Shown here: positions 1 through 7,973 of the stretch, in pieces
How the letters are laid out: every line of letters begins with the position of its first letter
How positions within the stretch are numbered: position 1 is the stretch's first letter
The notes under the pieces: model-generated
What the model saw: only the letters and a program-made list of their open reading frames with translations
What the model was told of the DNA's origin: nothing
The model's database searches: none
Position numbers and translations under genes: made by a program
DNA from: a virus
Length of the DNA: 64,000 bases
Strand: one strand, 5' to 3'
Virus record (IMG/VR): IMGVR_UViG_3300045988_163643
Span: 128,001 to 192,000 of that record

Positions 1-2
1 AA

Positions 3-434
3 GATGAAAAAATGGTTGAATTAATAGAAAGAGTTGAAGCTAAAACTGGACAAAAAGCTACTATATACGGAACTAAATCTGCTTTAGCTAAATTAAGAAC
101 TGGTGCAGATGGAGCATTCCAAGCTTACTTATCAGATAGTGACAAAGAAAACATAAGTAGAACTGGTAGAGTTGGAGATTACTATGGAACTCCTGTTGTT
201 GAAATACCTCAATCAGTTAACAGAAAAGACGAATTTATGTTAAATAATAAAATGCTTTATGTAATACCTAATGGAACTAAAATAATAAAATTATTATTTG
301 AAGGCGATGTAGATGTTATAGAAGTATCTGACCCAGCAGTAAGAAAAGATATGCAATTTGAATATATGTTCATGAGAAGAATACAATTAGGTGTTTGTAA
401 AGCTTCTGTTTATGGAATATACAAAATGAACTAA
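3..434 (+). CDS. C-terminal part of a probable major capsid protein (5' end upstream of window)
   Basis: Frame is open from the window edge to TAA 432-434. It is the last ORF before the connector/tail genes and is followed by a stem-loop. Function is assigned by synteny only. Confidence 0.4.
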   Translation, partial: DEKMVELIERVEAKTGQKATIYGTKSALAKLRTGADGAFQAYLSDSDKENISRTGRVGDYYGTPVVEIPQSVNRKDEFMLNNKMLYVIPNGTKIIKLLFEGDVDVIEVSDPAVRKDMQFEYMFMRRIQLGVCKASVYGIYKMN

Positions 435-451
435 TTTACAAATAGTAAAAA

Positions 452-472
452 AGGGAGGATATAATTCTCCCT
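452..472 (+). terminator. stem-loop AGGGAG/CTCCCT after capsid gene
   Basis: 6-bp inverted repeat directly after the stop codon; the T-tract is weak. Confidence 0.4.
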
Positions 473-499
473 CGTATAATTATTTAAAGGAGAGATAAT

Positions 500-1090
500 A
501 TGCGTGAAAGAAAAAAAGATAGATTAGATAAAAAAACAATCAGTGAAATGAAAAGAGATTTAAAGGATGCAGATATAACAATTAAAAATAATTCTATATT
601 TGAAGTTGTTCTTAGAAGTGATAAAAATGGTGGAAGCTATATATCTTTAAAACCAACCGAAGAAGAAGATATAACTTTTAGTGATTTACAAAGTATAGTA
701 AAAAAACAAAAAAGCTTATTTGAAGATTTTTCAGTTTTAATAGAAGATGTATATTGTCCAGATAATGATAATATTGGTATAGAAGAATTAGAACAAATAG
801 TAGGATTAGGAAGAATTAAAAAAGGCATGGAAGAAATCCCTGATGAAGAGTATTTTGATGATTTACTTTCAGCAGACTGTAGTACAGATGAGTTTTTCTA
901 TGAAGTGGATAAAATGAAGATTCAAGTAATTAATAGATTAATTGAAAGAGCTATTTATTTATATAAAGAAAAAGAATTTTCTAATAACTTTAAAATGTCT
1001 TATTTAGAGAAAAAACTTGGTGTACAAAATGTTTTTGATGATGTGGATAGAAGTATGAAGAAGATACAATCAGATGTAGATAGATTATAA
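500..1090 (+). CDS. hypothetical acidic protein (head-associated by position)
   Basis: 196-aa ORF with GGAG RBS (AAAGGAGAG) 7 nt upstream of the ATG. Confidence 0.6.
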   Translation: MRERKKDRLDKKTISEMKRDLKDADITIKNNSIFEVVLRSDKNGGSYISLKPTEEEDITFSDLQSIVKKQKSLFEDFSVLIEDVYCPDNDNIGIEELEQIVGLGRIKKGMEEIPDEEYFDDLLSADCSTDEFFYEVDKMKIQVINRLIERAIYLYKEKEFSNNFKMSYLEKKLGVQNVFDDVDRSMKKIQSDVDRL

Positions 1091-1106
1091 GAAGGAGGTG
1101 TTCATA

Positions 1107-1565
1107 ATGACACCTGTTTCAAACATATATGCAAGAATATCAGTTCTTATTGAGGATTCGAGATATTGCAAAATATCTGATGAAGAAATTGAGTTTATAT
1201 TTGAAAAATATATAGAAACTGCAATTGTTCTTTTTAAAGAGTTAAATAAAAAATATAAACCTAGAGTAGTAGAAGATGAATTTGGTGAAAAATTTATTAA
1301 GAAAACTATAAATTCTGATGATGAAGATTTAGACTTAGAAGAAGAAGTTATATTAGCTCATGGTATGATAATATCATGGCACAATAGTGTAGTTCTTAGA
1401 GATAGATTCTTAAAACAAAACCTTAATACAAGCGATTTCCAACAATTGTCTAATGCTACAATGTTAGCTAATAATGAAGTTTTACATGAAAGAATTCAAA
1501 AAGATTTCATTAAAATGAGGATAAGATACAGAAATAGAGATTGGTCAGGTGATGGATTTGAATAA
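1107..1565 (+). CDS. hypothetical protein (head-tail connector position)
   Basis: ATG 1107 is preceded by AAGGAGGTG (1092-1100). The track start 1098 (GTG) sits inside the RBS. Confidence 0.6.
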   Translation: MTPVSNIYARISVLIEDSRYCKISDEEIEFIFEKYIETAIVLFKELNKKYKPRVVEDEFGEKFIKKTINSDDEDLDLEEEVILAHGMIISWHNSVVLRDRFLKQNLNTSDFQQLSNATMLANNEVLHERIQKDFIKMRIRYRNRDWSGDGFE

Positions 1566-2529
1566 TAAAGATTACCTTCAAATATTTAGAAGAAGAATGT
1601 ATACTAATAGAGTTTGTAATCCATCAGAAGCAGGAACACTGGAAGCTAGAGAAACCTTCAATGATTTAATAGATAATAAACTTGCACCAACTGTACATAC
1701 AGTTCCTTATGTAAAAAGAGATAATGTTGGAAAAAGTACTAAAGATTATGAGATTAATGTTTTAGTTGAAGATACTTCTAAGAATGACCAAAAAACAAAT
1801 GATGAAAAATACTTTAGTTTTAAATGGGAAATGGATGTTAATAGTGGAGATATATTATTTTGGCATGGATTATGGTGGGTAATGTATCATGAAGAAAAGA
1901 AAGCAGTATTATCACATAAAACTTTTACAGCTAAAAAATGTAACTTTTCATATTCATTTGATTTTCATGGAAAAAGATATGTCATACCAATGTTAGTAAC
2001 AAACTTAACATTATATAGTGATGGTTTAAAAGACAAAGTCTATATGTCTAATGAAGACGGTAAGAGAAGATTAACTTTTACCGATAATGAATTAACAAAA
2101 TCAATTGATTGTGGTCTTAAAATAATGGTTAGTGGTAAAGTCTTTGAAATTACTCATATAGATGATTTCAGTAGACCAGGTGTAAAAGATTGTATTATCG
2201 GACAAATTTTTTCAACATCACTGGATGATAAAAAGAATAATCATGCCTATAATAAGGTAAATGATGAAATTGATGAAAGTGGAATTATAGGTCTTGATTA
2301 TATATATTTAGGTGGTAATGAAGTTTATACAACAAATGAAGAAGTTATCAGATGGGAAGTAGAAGCAAAAGATAACTGTGTTTACATAGATACTAAATAT
2401 GGTGGCAAAGGTTGTAGGATAATTTGTACGGATGATATTGATTATATAGGCACTAAAGTTAAATTAAAAATAATAAGAAGAAATCAAGAAGATATAATTA
2501 AAGAAATTTTAGTGAAGGGGATGTTTTAG
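1549..2529 (+). CDS. hypothetical structural protein
   Basis: 326-aa ORF overlapping the previous stop, suggesting translational coupling. Confidence 0.6.
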   Translation: MMDLNNKDYLQIFRRRMYTNRVCNPSEAGTLEARETFNDLIDNKLAPTVHTVPYVKRDNVGKSTKDYEINVLVEDTSKNDQKTNDEKYFSFKWEMDVNSGDILFWHGLWWVMYHEEKKAVLSHKTFTAKKCNFSYSFDFHGKRYVIPMLVTNLTLYSDGLKDKVYMSNEDGKRRLTFTDNELTKSIDCGLKIMVSGKVFEITHIDDFSRPGVKDCIIGQIFSTSLDDKKNNHAYNKVNDEIDESGIIGLDYIYLGGNEVYTTNEEVIRWEVEAKDNCVYIDTKYGGKGCRIICTDDIDYIGTKVKLKIIRRNQEDIIKEILVKGMF

Positions 2530-2532
2530 AAT

Positions 2533-3033
2533 ATGGCATTATATGGTTATACGAATAAAGTGTTAGCTGAGATTTATGCACATTTAATGAAACACCCAGA
2601 GCTAACAAAATTCTTATATTATACTGATAATGAATATAAAGAAAAAGATATACTAGAACAAGAAAAACCAACAGTTAGTAATATAGCAAATAAAAAAATA
2701 TTCATGTATAAAAGAGTAGAAGAAACAGTTAAAGATGCTGGTGCTTATATGTTTATAGATGTATATAGAATTACTCCTACAAAAATTGGGGGTAAGATTA
2801 GAGAAGTAACTTTTACAGTAGATATATTAGTTCATCAAGATTGTGTTGATACAATGAATGGTAATAGAGCAGTCTGTATATTATGTGCCCTAGAAGAATC
2901 GTTAGGTGAATATGTAAAAAAACATTCCATTGGTTCTATTGATTTAATTAGGGTTGCACCTATATTAGGTATAATTAAAGAATTTATTGGATATCAAATG
3001 CAATTCAAAGCATATGGATTCAATGGAGATTAA
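2533..3033 (+). CDS. hypothetical protein (head-tail joining position)
   Basis: 166-aa ORF tightly packed after the previous gene. Confidence 0.55.
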   Translation: MALYGYTNKVLAEIYAHLMKHPELTKFLYYTDNEYKEKDILEQEKPTVSNIANKKIFMYKRVEETVKDAGAYMFIDVYRITPTKIGGKIREVTFTVDILVHQDCVDTMNGNRAVCILCALEESLGEYVKKHSIGSIDLIRVAPILGIIKEFIGYQMQFKAYGFNGD

Positions 3034-3036
3034 TAT

Positions 3037-3861
3037 ATGAAAAAAGTAAAAGAAGAAAAATTATATTTTGGTATACCTATAAAGTTTAACAATGAAGTTA
3101 CTTTATATCAACCAACTTTAAAAGATATAATTTATAGTGATTTATCTTTTGAAGCTCTAGTAGAACCATTTATGTCTTTAGATAAAAGAAATTTTGAATC
3201 AGAAGAAGAAAATAATGAATTAAATAATTTTGATATGTTTTTTATTCAAATATTCACTTCTTATTTATCTGTGCTTAAAAATGGTGAAAATATCACTTTG
3301 CAAGAATGGTTAGATTCAGAAATCTCTAAAGGCTTAGTAATTAATAGGCTTGTAAAAGTTATTAAATTTTTGTTCAAGACTGATGATGTTCAAGTTTCAA
3401 TATGTGAAAATATCATTGATAAATTGGATGATAATTATATTTTAATCAATAAGTCTTATAAAATAAATAGAAACAACTATGAGGACTTTAAATGGATAAT
3501 CTGTGATATCTTTGATACAGATATGAAAGTAGAAAAAAAACGTCCTCAAACTGAAGAAGAAGATGAACTTGCTAAAAGATTCGCTAAGAAGAAAGCAAGT
3601 TATGAGAAACAATATGGTAGAGAAGCTAGAGAAGGTAGAAATAAAGACCATTTAACAATTTATACTCTAGTTAACTACATAGTAAATAATAAAAATTCTC
3701 AATACACTTATGAAAGTATACAAGATTTAACAATATATCAAATTAAAAATACTTTCAAATATTATCAAAATCAAGAAAGTTATGATATAGATATCAGATA
3801 TAGAACTAGTGGTAATTTTAAAATAGATAAAAAAAGTGAACATTGGTTCTTTGATAAATAA
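3037..3861 (+). CDS. hypothetical protein
   Basis: 274-aa ORF starting 4 nt after the previous stop. Confidence 0.55.
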   Translation: MKKVKEEKLYFGIPIKFNNEVTLYQPTLKDIIYSDLSFEALVEPFMSLDKRNFESEEENNELNNFDMFFIQIFTSYLSVLKNGENITLQEWLDSEISKGLVINRLVKVIKFLFKTDDVQVSICENIIDKLDDNYILINKSYKINRNNYEDFKWIICDIFDTDMKVEKKRPQTEEEDELAKRFAKKKASYEKQYGREAREGRNKDHLTIYTLVNYIVNNKNSQYTYESIQDLTIYQIKNTFKYYQNQESYDIDIRYRTSGNFKIDKKSEHWFFDK

Positions 3862-3907
3862 AATATAAAATAATAATATAAAATAATAAAAAGAAAGGTG
3901 ATTATAA

Positions 3908-4052
3908 ATGGCTACACTTTTTGCTATAAAAGATGCTATAGATTTAAAAATAACTAAAAAAGGTGAACAAACAGTTTTCACTACAATAGACTACTTAAAT
4001 GACTGTCAAATAGAAATGGACTCAGAACAAGTATATGCACTTAAAAAAGGAG
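3908..4052 (+). CDS. major tail (tube) protein, exon 1 of 3
   Basis: ATG 3908 follows the RBS AAAGGTGA. The ORF runs into the P1 helix of intron T1. Function is inferred from its position between connector genes and chaperone/TMP genes and from the strong terminator after exon 3. Confidence 0.55.
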
Positions 4053-4254
4053 TAATTTGCTCCCTATGTAAGTAAATTGCATAGCAAATCCTTTTAATTG
4101 CTGGAAACTCCTAAAGCTCAATTCACTACAACGTAAGGTTAAATCCTAAGCGTGAATGTTACGAAAGTAGAAAAAAGTAATTGAGATTACCCAAGGTTAA
4201 ATCCTAAAGGTGAATAAATGGACAATCAGCAGGTAAGATTTATATTTATTTTAC

Positions 4255-4283
4255 TTTACTTTTAATAATTAAATTTGTATAAT
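4255..4283 (+). promoter_or_regulatory. sigma-A-like promoter for the intron T1 endonuclease ORF (TTTACT-N17-TATAAT)
   Basis: Homologous to the consensus promoters in introns M1 and M4, with 17-nt spacing. Confidence 0.45.
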
Positions 4284-4307
4284 TTAAGTAAATGGAGGTG
4301 AAATTGA

Positions 4308-5249
4308 ATGGCTCAATATAATAAGAAATGGACTAAAGAAAGTATGATTAAATACATCGAAGATAATGGGTATAAATTTATTAGATTTGCTGAAGATTTT
4401 AGAGGATGCGAAACAAGAATCATTATATGGTGTAAAAATTCAAATCACAAACCTTATGAAGTTAGATTTCAACATTTTAAAAATAATAGACGATGTAAAC
4501 AATGTAGAAAAGAAGAAAAGGTAAAATGGACTAAAGAAAATATAATTAAACATGTTGAAAATAATGGATATAAATTTATTAATTTTATTGAATTTGATTA
4601 TTCTAAATCAATAATTGAAATTTGGTGTGGAAATCCTAATCACAAACATAAAATTTCTACATTTAACGATTTTCATCAAAATGGAAGATGTAGAGAATGT
4701 TCTAATGAAAATAAAATTGTATGGACTGAAGAATCTATAATAGACTATATAAAGAAAAATAATTATGAGTTTATAGAATTTATAAATTATAAAGGATATT
4801 TAAGCAGAATAAAAATAAGATGTAATAAACATAATTCTTATGAAGTTGATTTTGGAAATTTTAAAAATGGATTTAGATGCCCATATTGTAATATGGAAAA
4901 CATTGAATCAAAAGGTGAAAAAGAAGTTGAAAGAATATTAAATAAATTTCATATAGATTATAAAAAACAATATTCTTTTGAAGATTGTAAATATAAAAAA
5001 TATTTGCCATTTGATTTTTATTTACCTCAATATAATACATTGATTGAATATGATGGAGAATATCATTTTCAAATAATAGAACATTTTGGTGGATTTAATA
5101 AATTTGTTAACACAAAAATAAGAGATACTATTAAGAATATTTATTGTAAGAATAATAATATAAAACTTATAAGAATTCCTTATTGGGAATTTAATAATAT
5201 AGAAAATATATTAAACAAAGAGTTAAAAGTAAAAAATAAATATGAATAA
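4308..5249 (+). CDS. intron-encoded putative homing endonuclease: 3 zinc-ribbon modules + Vsr/DUF559-like PD-(D/E)XK nuclease domain
   Basis: RBS GGAGGTGA. Three repeats of the form ...WC-x4-H-x12-15-RC-x2-C. The C-terminus has FDFYLP..IEYDGEYH..LIRIPYWE. The stop overlaps the conserved core GAAUAAACUUCAACGAC. Confidence 0.7.
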   Translation: MAQYNKKWTKESMIKYIEDNGYKFIRFAEDFRGCETRIIIWCKNSNHKPYEVRFQHFKNNRRCKQCRKEEKVKWTKENIIKHVENNGYKFINFIEFDYSKSIIEIWCGNPNHKHKISTFNDFHQNGRCRECSNENKIVWTEESIIDYIKKNNYEFIEFINYKGYLSRIKIRCNKHNSYEVDFGNFKNGFRCPYCNMENIESKGEKEVERILNKFHIDYKKQYSFEDCKYKKYLPFDFYLPQYNTLIEYDGEYHFQIIEHFGGFNKFVNTKIRDTIKNIYCKNNNIKLIRIPYWEFNNIENILNKELKVKNKYE

Positions 5250-5418
5250 ACTTCAACGACTATTCCGTAAGGAAGTAAAGTCACAAGCTATCGGTGGAAG
5301 AAATGGAGGATACCTAGAAATAGGTAGTGATATAGTCTGTTCTCATGTGAAAGCATGAGCAGTTTATATTGAATGAGTATAAACGATGTATGTGTAGCGA
5401 ACATATATGAACACAAAG

Positions 5419-5566
5419 ATAACTATATATCATTCTCAAGTGGTAGAACAGGAACATTGACAATGAATTGTCAAGTAATGGACGATGACTTCTTATGTAT
5501 GATGCTTGGTGCTACTAAAGGTACAGATGGTAAAATATCTGTAACATCTTCAGTTCCAAATCAAAG
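5419..5566 (+). CDS. major tail protein, exon 2 of 3
   Basis: This is the only open frame in the segment. It joins exon 1 as GGA G|AT (..KKG-D-NYISF..). The alternative 3' end is 5572. Confidence 0.5.
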
Positions 5567-5983
5567 TAACATATTATAAATATAATATAAAGCTTCGTAT
5601 ATACAGAAATGTGTATAGGACACAACTTTAATTGCAGGTAATCCCTAAAGCCTTACACCAAAACGGAAGGTGAAAACCTAAACGGCAATGGTACGAAAGT
5701 AGAAAAAACGTAAGGATGACATATGGTTAAATCCTAAGTGTTATAAATGATAATTTATATTATTATTTAAAATGGGTGTTCATGCAGGTAAGATTCTAAG
5801 TGATAATTTATCATATGAATAAACTTCAACGACTAGATAGGAATATCGTACACTCAAGCGAGTGGAAGTGGGTTGCCCTTAACAGGTAATGCTGAAGGTG
5901 AAGAAATAGTCTACTCTCATGTGAAAGCATGAGCAGTTCATAAGAGAACGTACATAATGTAGCGAATTATGTAGAATATAAGG
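5567..5983 (+). mobile_element. group I intron T2 (ORF-less, td-like family)
   Basis: The core is AAUUGCAGG...CCUUAC/GUAAGG...CAACGACUA...GAAAUAGUC. The terminal GUAGCGA hairpin is followed by GAAUAUAAGG. The 5' boundary is ambiguous (5567 or 5573). Confidence 0.7.
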
Positions 5984-6242
5984 TTATACTGCAGAAGGTA
6001 CTTTTAGAACTACTTCATTAGCTGGAGACCAATACAAAAAAATAAAATTCTATAACTTAAAAGCACAAGTTTCAGCTGACTTAACTTTATCTGCTTCTGA
6101 TGTTTCTGAATTCTCATTAAAATTAGATATAATGGCAGATGATACTGGTAAAATATTAGATATAGAAAACACTGCTGGTGGTATATCTGCTGGATTTAAT
6201 GAACCAGAAGTTGTTTCTATAAAAACTAAAGCTGATAAATAA
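5984..6242 (+). CDS. major tail protein, exon 3 of 3
   Basis: Open frame to TAA 6240-6242. The three exons sum to 552 nt (183 aa). Confidence 0.55.
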
Positions 6243-6262
6243 TTAAATATATACTTGATAAA

Positions 6263-6299
6263 TGGTGAGAGATAACTATTATCTCTTACCATTTTTTTT
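6263..6299 (+). terminator. rho-independent terminator
   Basis: 12-bp stem TGGTGAGAGATA/TATCTCTTACCA followed by T8. Confidence 0.8.
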
Positions 6300-6345
6300 A
6301 TGCCCTAATAGTCTTATTTTAGATATGTAAAATAAAAAGAAGGAG

Positions 6346-6900
6346 ATGATTTTTGTGGATAGATTAGCATTCACAAGCGATTTAATCGCAGACGATATAA
6401 GATGTAAATTAAAAGTTATAAGTAAAGAGGATGGTGAACCTAGCTATATAACTGTATGGAATATAAAAGGAGAAAGAAGACAAGAAGTATTAAATGAATT
6501 AAATACTATTATGGAATTACATAATGAAGATGATGAAAAATTATTTAATATGTTTTATACTAACCTTATCTTAGAATTTACTGATTTAGTAATGGATACT
6601 GATGATGTATTATTTTTATTAAATGATAGCACATTAGCTGGAAAAATGTTAATGCAAGAATTTAGTGATATGATATATGAAATACAATATGAAATAGCTA
6701 TGGATAACTTACAACAAACTAGAAATTTAGCTATGGCTTTAATAACTCAAACTGCAATAGATGAAATGAATTATGCACAAGAAAGAGTAGACCGTGCTAA
6801 AGATAAAAGAGATAAAAATATTTTTATAGATTTAGAAAAAGAAAAAAGAGAAAAACATCTTGCCTGTAAAAGAAAAGGAAATAAAAAATATAAAAAATAG
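6346..6900 (+). CDS. hypothetical protein in tail-assembly-chaperone position
   Basis: RBS GAAGGAG upstream of the ATG. The ORF is 184 aa with a Lys-rich C-terminus and ends in TAG. Confidence 0.55.
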   Translation: MIFVDRLAFTSDLIADDIRCKLKVISKEDGEPSYITVWNIKGERRQEVLNELNTIMELHNEDDEKLFNMFYTNLILEFTDLVMDTDDVLFLLNDSTLAGKMLMQEFSDMIYEIQYEIAMDNLQQTRNLAMALITQTAIDEMNYAQERVDRAKDKRDKNIFIDLEKEKREKHLACKRKGNKKYKK

Positions 6901-6903
6901 GAT

Positions 6904-7329
6904 GTGATTGAATTGGTTTTTGATTCAATGGGACAACTAGAAGCATATGTATTAAGGGCAATGGATGATTGTGCTAAATTAAGTGCAGAAAAAATGTTAG
7001 ATATAATGACAGAAGAATTAGAAAATAGAGTTTATGATAATTATTTACCTAATATATATGTAAGAACAGGTGATTTGATGAATACACCTCAAATAATTTC
7101 TGCTAATTCAACTGGAATGCATACAGAATTTGTAGATAATGGTGGTTGGTTTAGTTTAGTAGGTGCAACAAAAGGGCAACATTTCTTTGCATTAGAAGGA
7201 TTAGAAGGTGGTCATTCTTGGGGAAGAGAAGCAACGAATGTTTACCCATTTGCTTACACTAGATGTCTTTCTGAGATACCAGATTATTATAGAAGTTGTT
7301 TAGTAGCATTTGGGATACCAATAGTTTAA
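6904..7329 (+). CDS. hypothetical protein (second chaperone-position ORF)
   Basis: 141-aa ORF in the same frame as the previous ORF, one codon after its TAG, with a poor RBS of its own. Confidence 0.5.
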   Translation: MIELVFDSMGQLEAYVLRAMDDCAKLSAEKMLDIMTEELENRVYDNYLPNIYVRTGDLMNTPQIISANSTGMHTEFVDNGGWFSLVGATKGQHFFALEGLEGGHSWGREATNVYPFAYTRCLSEIPDYYRSCLVAFGIPIV

Positions 7330-7363
7330 TCAATCTATTAATAAGAAAGAGTGGTGGTAATTA

Positions 7364-7972
7364 GTGAACGAGATTGAAAAAATATATAAATTATATGTTC
7401 ACATTTCCCCTAGTGGTAAAAGATATTATGGAATAACTTGTACTAAAGTTGAACAAAGATGGGGTTGTGATGGACAAAGATATAATAGACAACCATATTT
7501 TTGGAATGCTATACAAAAATATGGTTGGGATAATTTTGTTCATGAAGTTTTATTTGATGATTTAACAAAACATGAAGCTTGTATATTAGAACAATGTTAT
7601 ATTGCATTATATGATACTACTAATAGAGAAAAGGGATATAACTGTTCTATAGGAGGAATAGAACATTCACATACTAAAGAAACAAAAGAAAAAATTAAAA
7701 AATCTATAAGTGGTGAAAATAATGGTATGTATGGTAAACATCATTCAGATGGAGCTAAAGAAAAAATGAGACAAAAAAAGAAAGATATATATTTAGGAAA
7801 TAAAAATCCTAATGCTAAAAAAATAAGATGTATTGAATTAAACAAAGTATTTGATACTGTTAAAGATGCTTTAGAATTTATTAATAGAACACGTAGTTCT
7901 CTATGTGATGCGATGAAACGTAATGGTAAATGTGGTGGCTATCATTGGGAATACGTGGAGGAGGTGAATTAA
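7364..7972 (+). CDS. free-standing GIY-YIG homing endonuclease (I-TevI/Seg-like)
   Basis: N-terminus IYKLYVHISPSGKRYYGIT..R..E..N matches the GIY-YIG core. NUMOD3-like GENNGMYGKHHS and GNKNPNAKK follow. The C-terminus is a helix-turn-helix-like ..GGYHWEY. Confidence 0.8.
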   Translation: MNEIEKIYKLYVHISPSGKRYYGITCTKVEQRWGCDGQRYNRQPYFWNAIQKYGWDNFVHEVLFDDLTKHEACILEQCYIALYDTTNREKGYNCSIGGIEHSHTKETKEKIKKSISGENNGMYGKHHSDGAKEKMRQKKKDIYLGNKNPNAKKIRCIELNKVFDTVKDALEFINRTRSSLCDAMKRNGKCGGYHWEYVEEVN

Positions 7973-7973
7973 T

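Larger units (their letters stand above)
4053..5418 (+). mobile_element. group I intron T1 (td-like family) carrying an endonuclease ORF
   Basis: P1 is GGAG(U)AAUUUGCUCC. P2 hairpin is CUAUG..CAUAG. Internal helix CUCAAUU/AAUUGAG covaries with the other copies. The td-like P7 core is CAACGACUA ... GAUAUAGUC. The terminal hairpin has a GUAGCGA loop followed by GAACACAAAG, ending in G at 5418. Confidence 0.8.

Noticed and set aside
3727-3981. 84-aa minus-strand ORF across the 3037-3861 gene end and the major tail gene start
   Set aside because: It is antisense to two plus-strand genes and their RBS region, is a hydrophobic artefact of AT-rich sequence, and has no RBS.
4053-4053. Canonical U(-1) 5' splice sites for introns T1, M1, M3, M4 and Met-2
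   Set aside because: Combined with any nearby 3' G they give frameshifts or immediate stops (for example GGA GTA TAA in T1). In Met-2 they destroy the invariant GD motif. This option is kept only as an alternative to be tested by cDNA.
4308-5249. Endonuclease ORFs as inteins or in-frame insertions of the host proteins
   Set aside because: They are out of frame with, or separated by stop codons from, the flanking exons. They have their own promoter and RBS and lie inside ribozyme-like sequence. No intein splice motifs are present.
5373-5579. Track ORF of 68 aa as an independent gene
   Set aside because: Its first 15 codons are the 3' tail of intron T1 (hairpin with GUAGCGA loop). The remainder is exon 2 of the major tail gene and runs into intron T2. 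It has no RBS.
6898-6900. TAG reassignment (alternative genetic code) to explain in-frame TAGs
   Set aside because: TAG terminates many well-delimited genes here (ends at 25776, 27473, 41882, 43736, 45855, 58282 and 62395), each followed by an RBS and the next start. TAG therefore functions as a stop.
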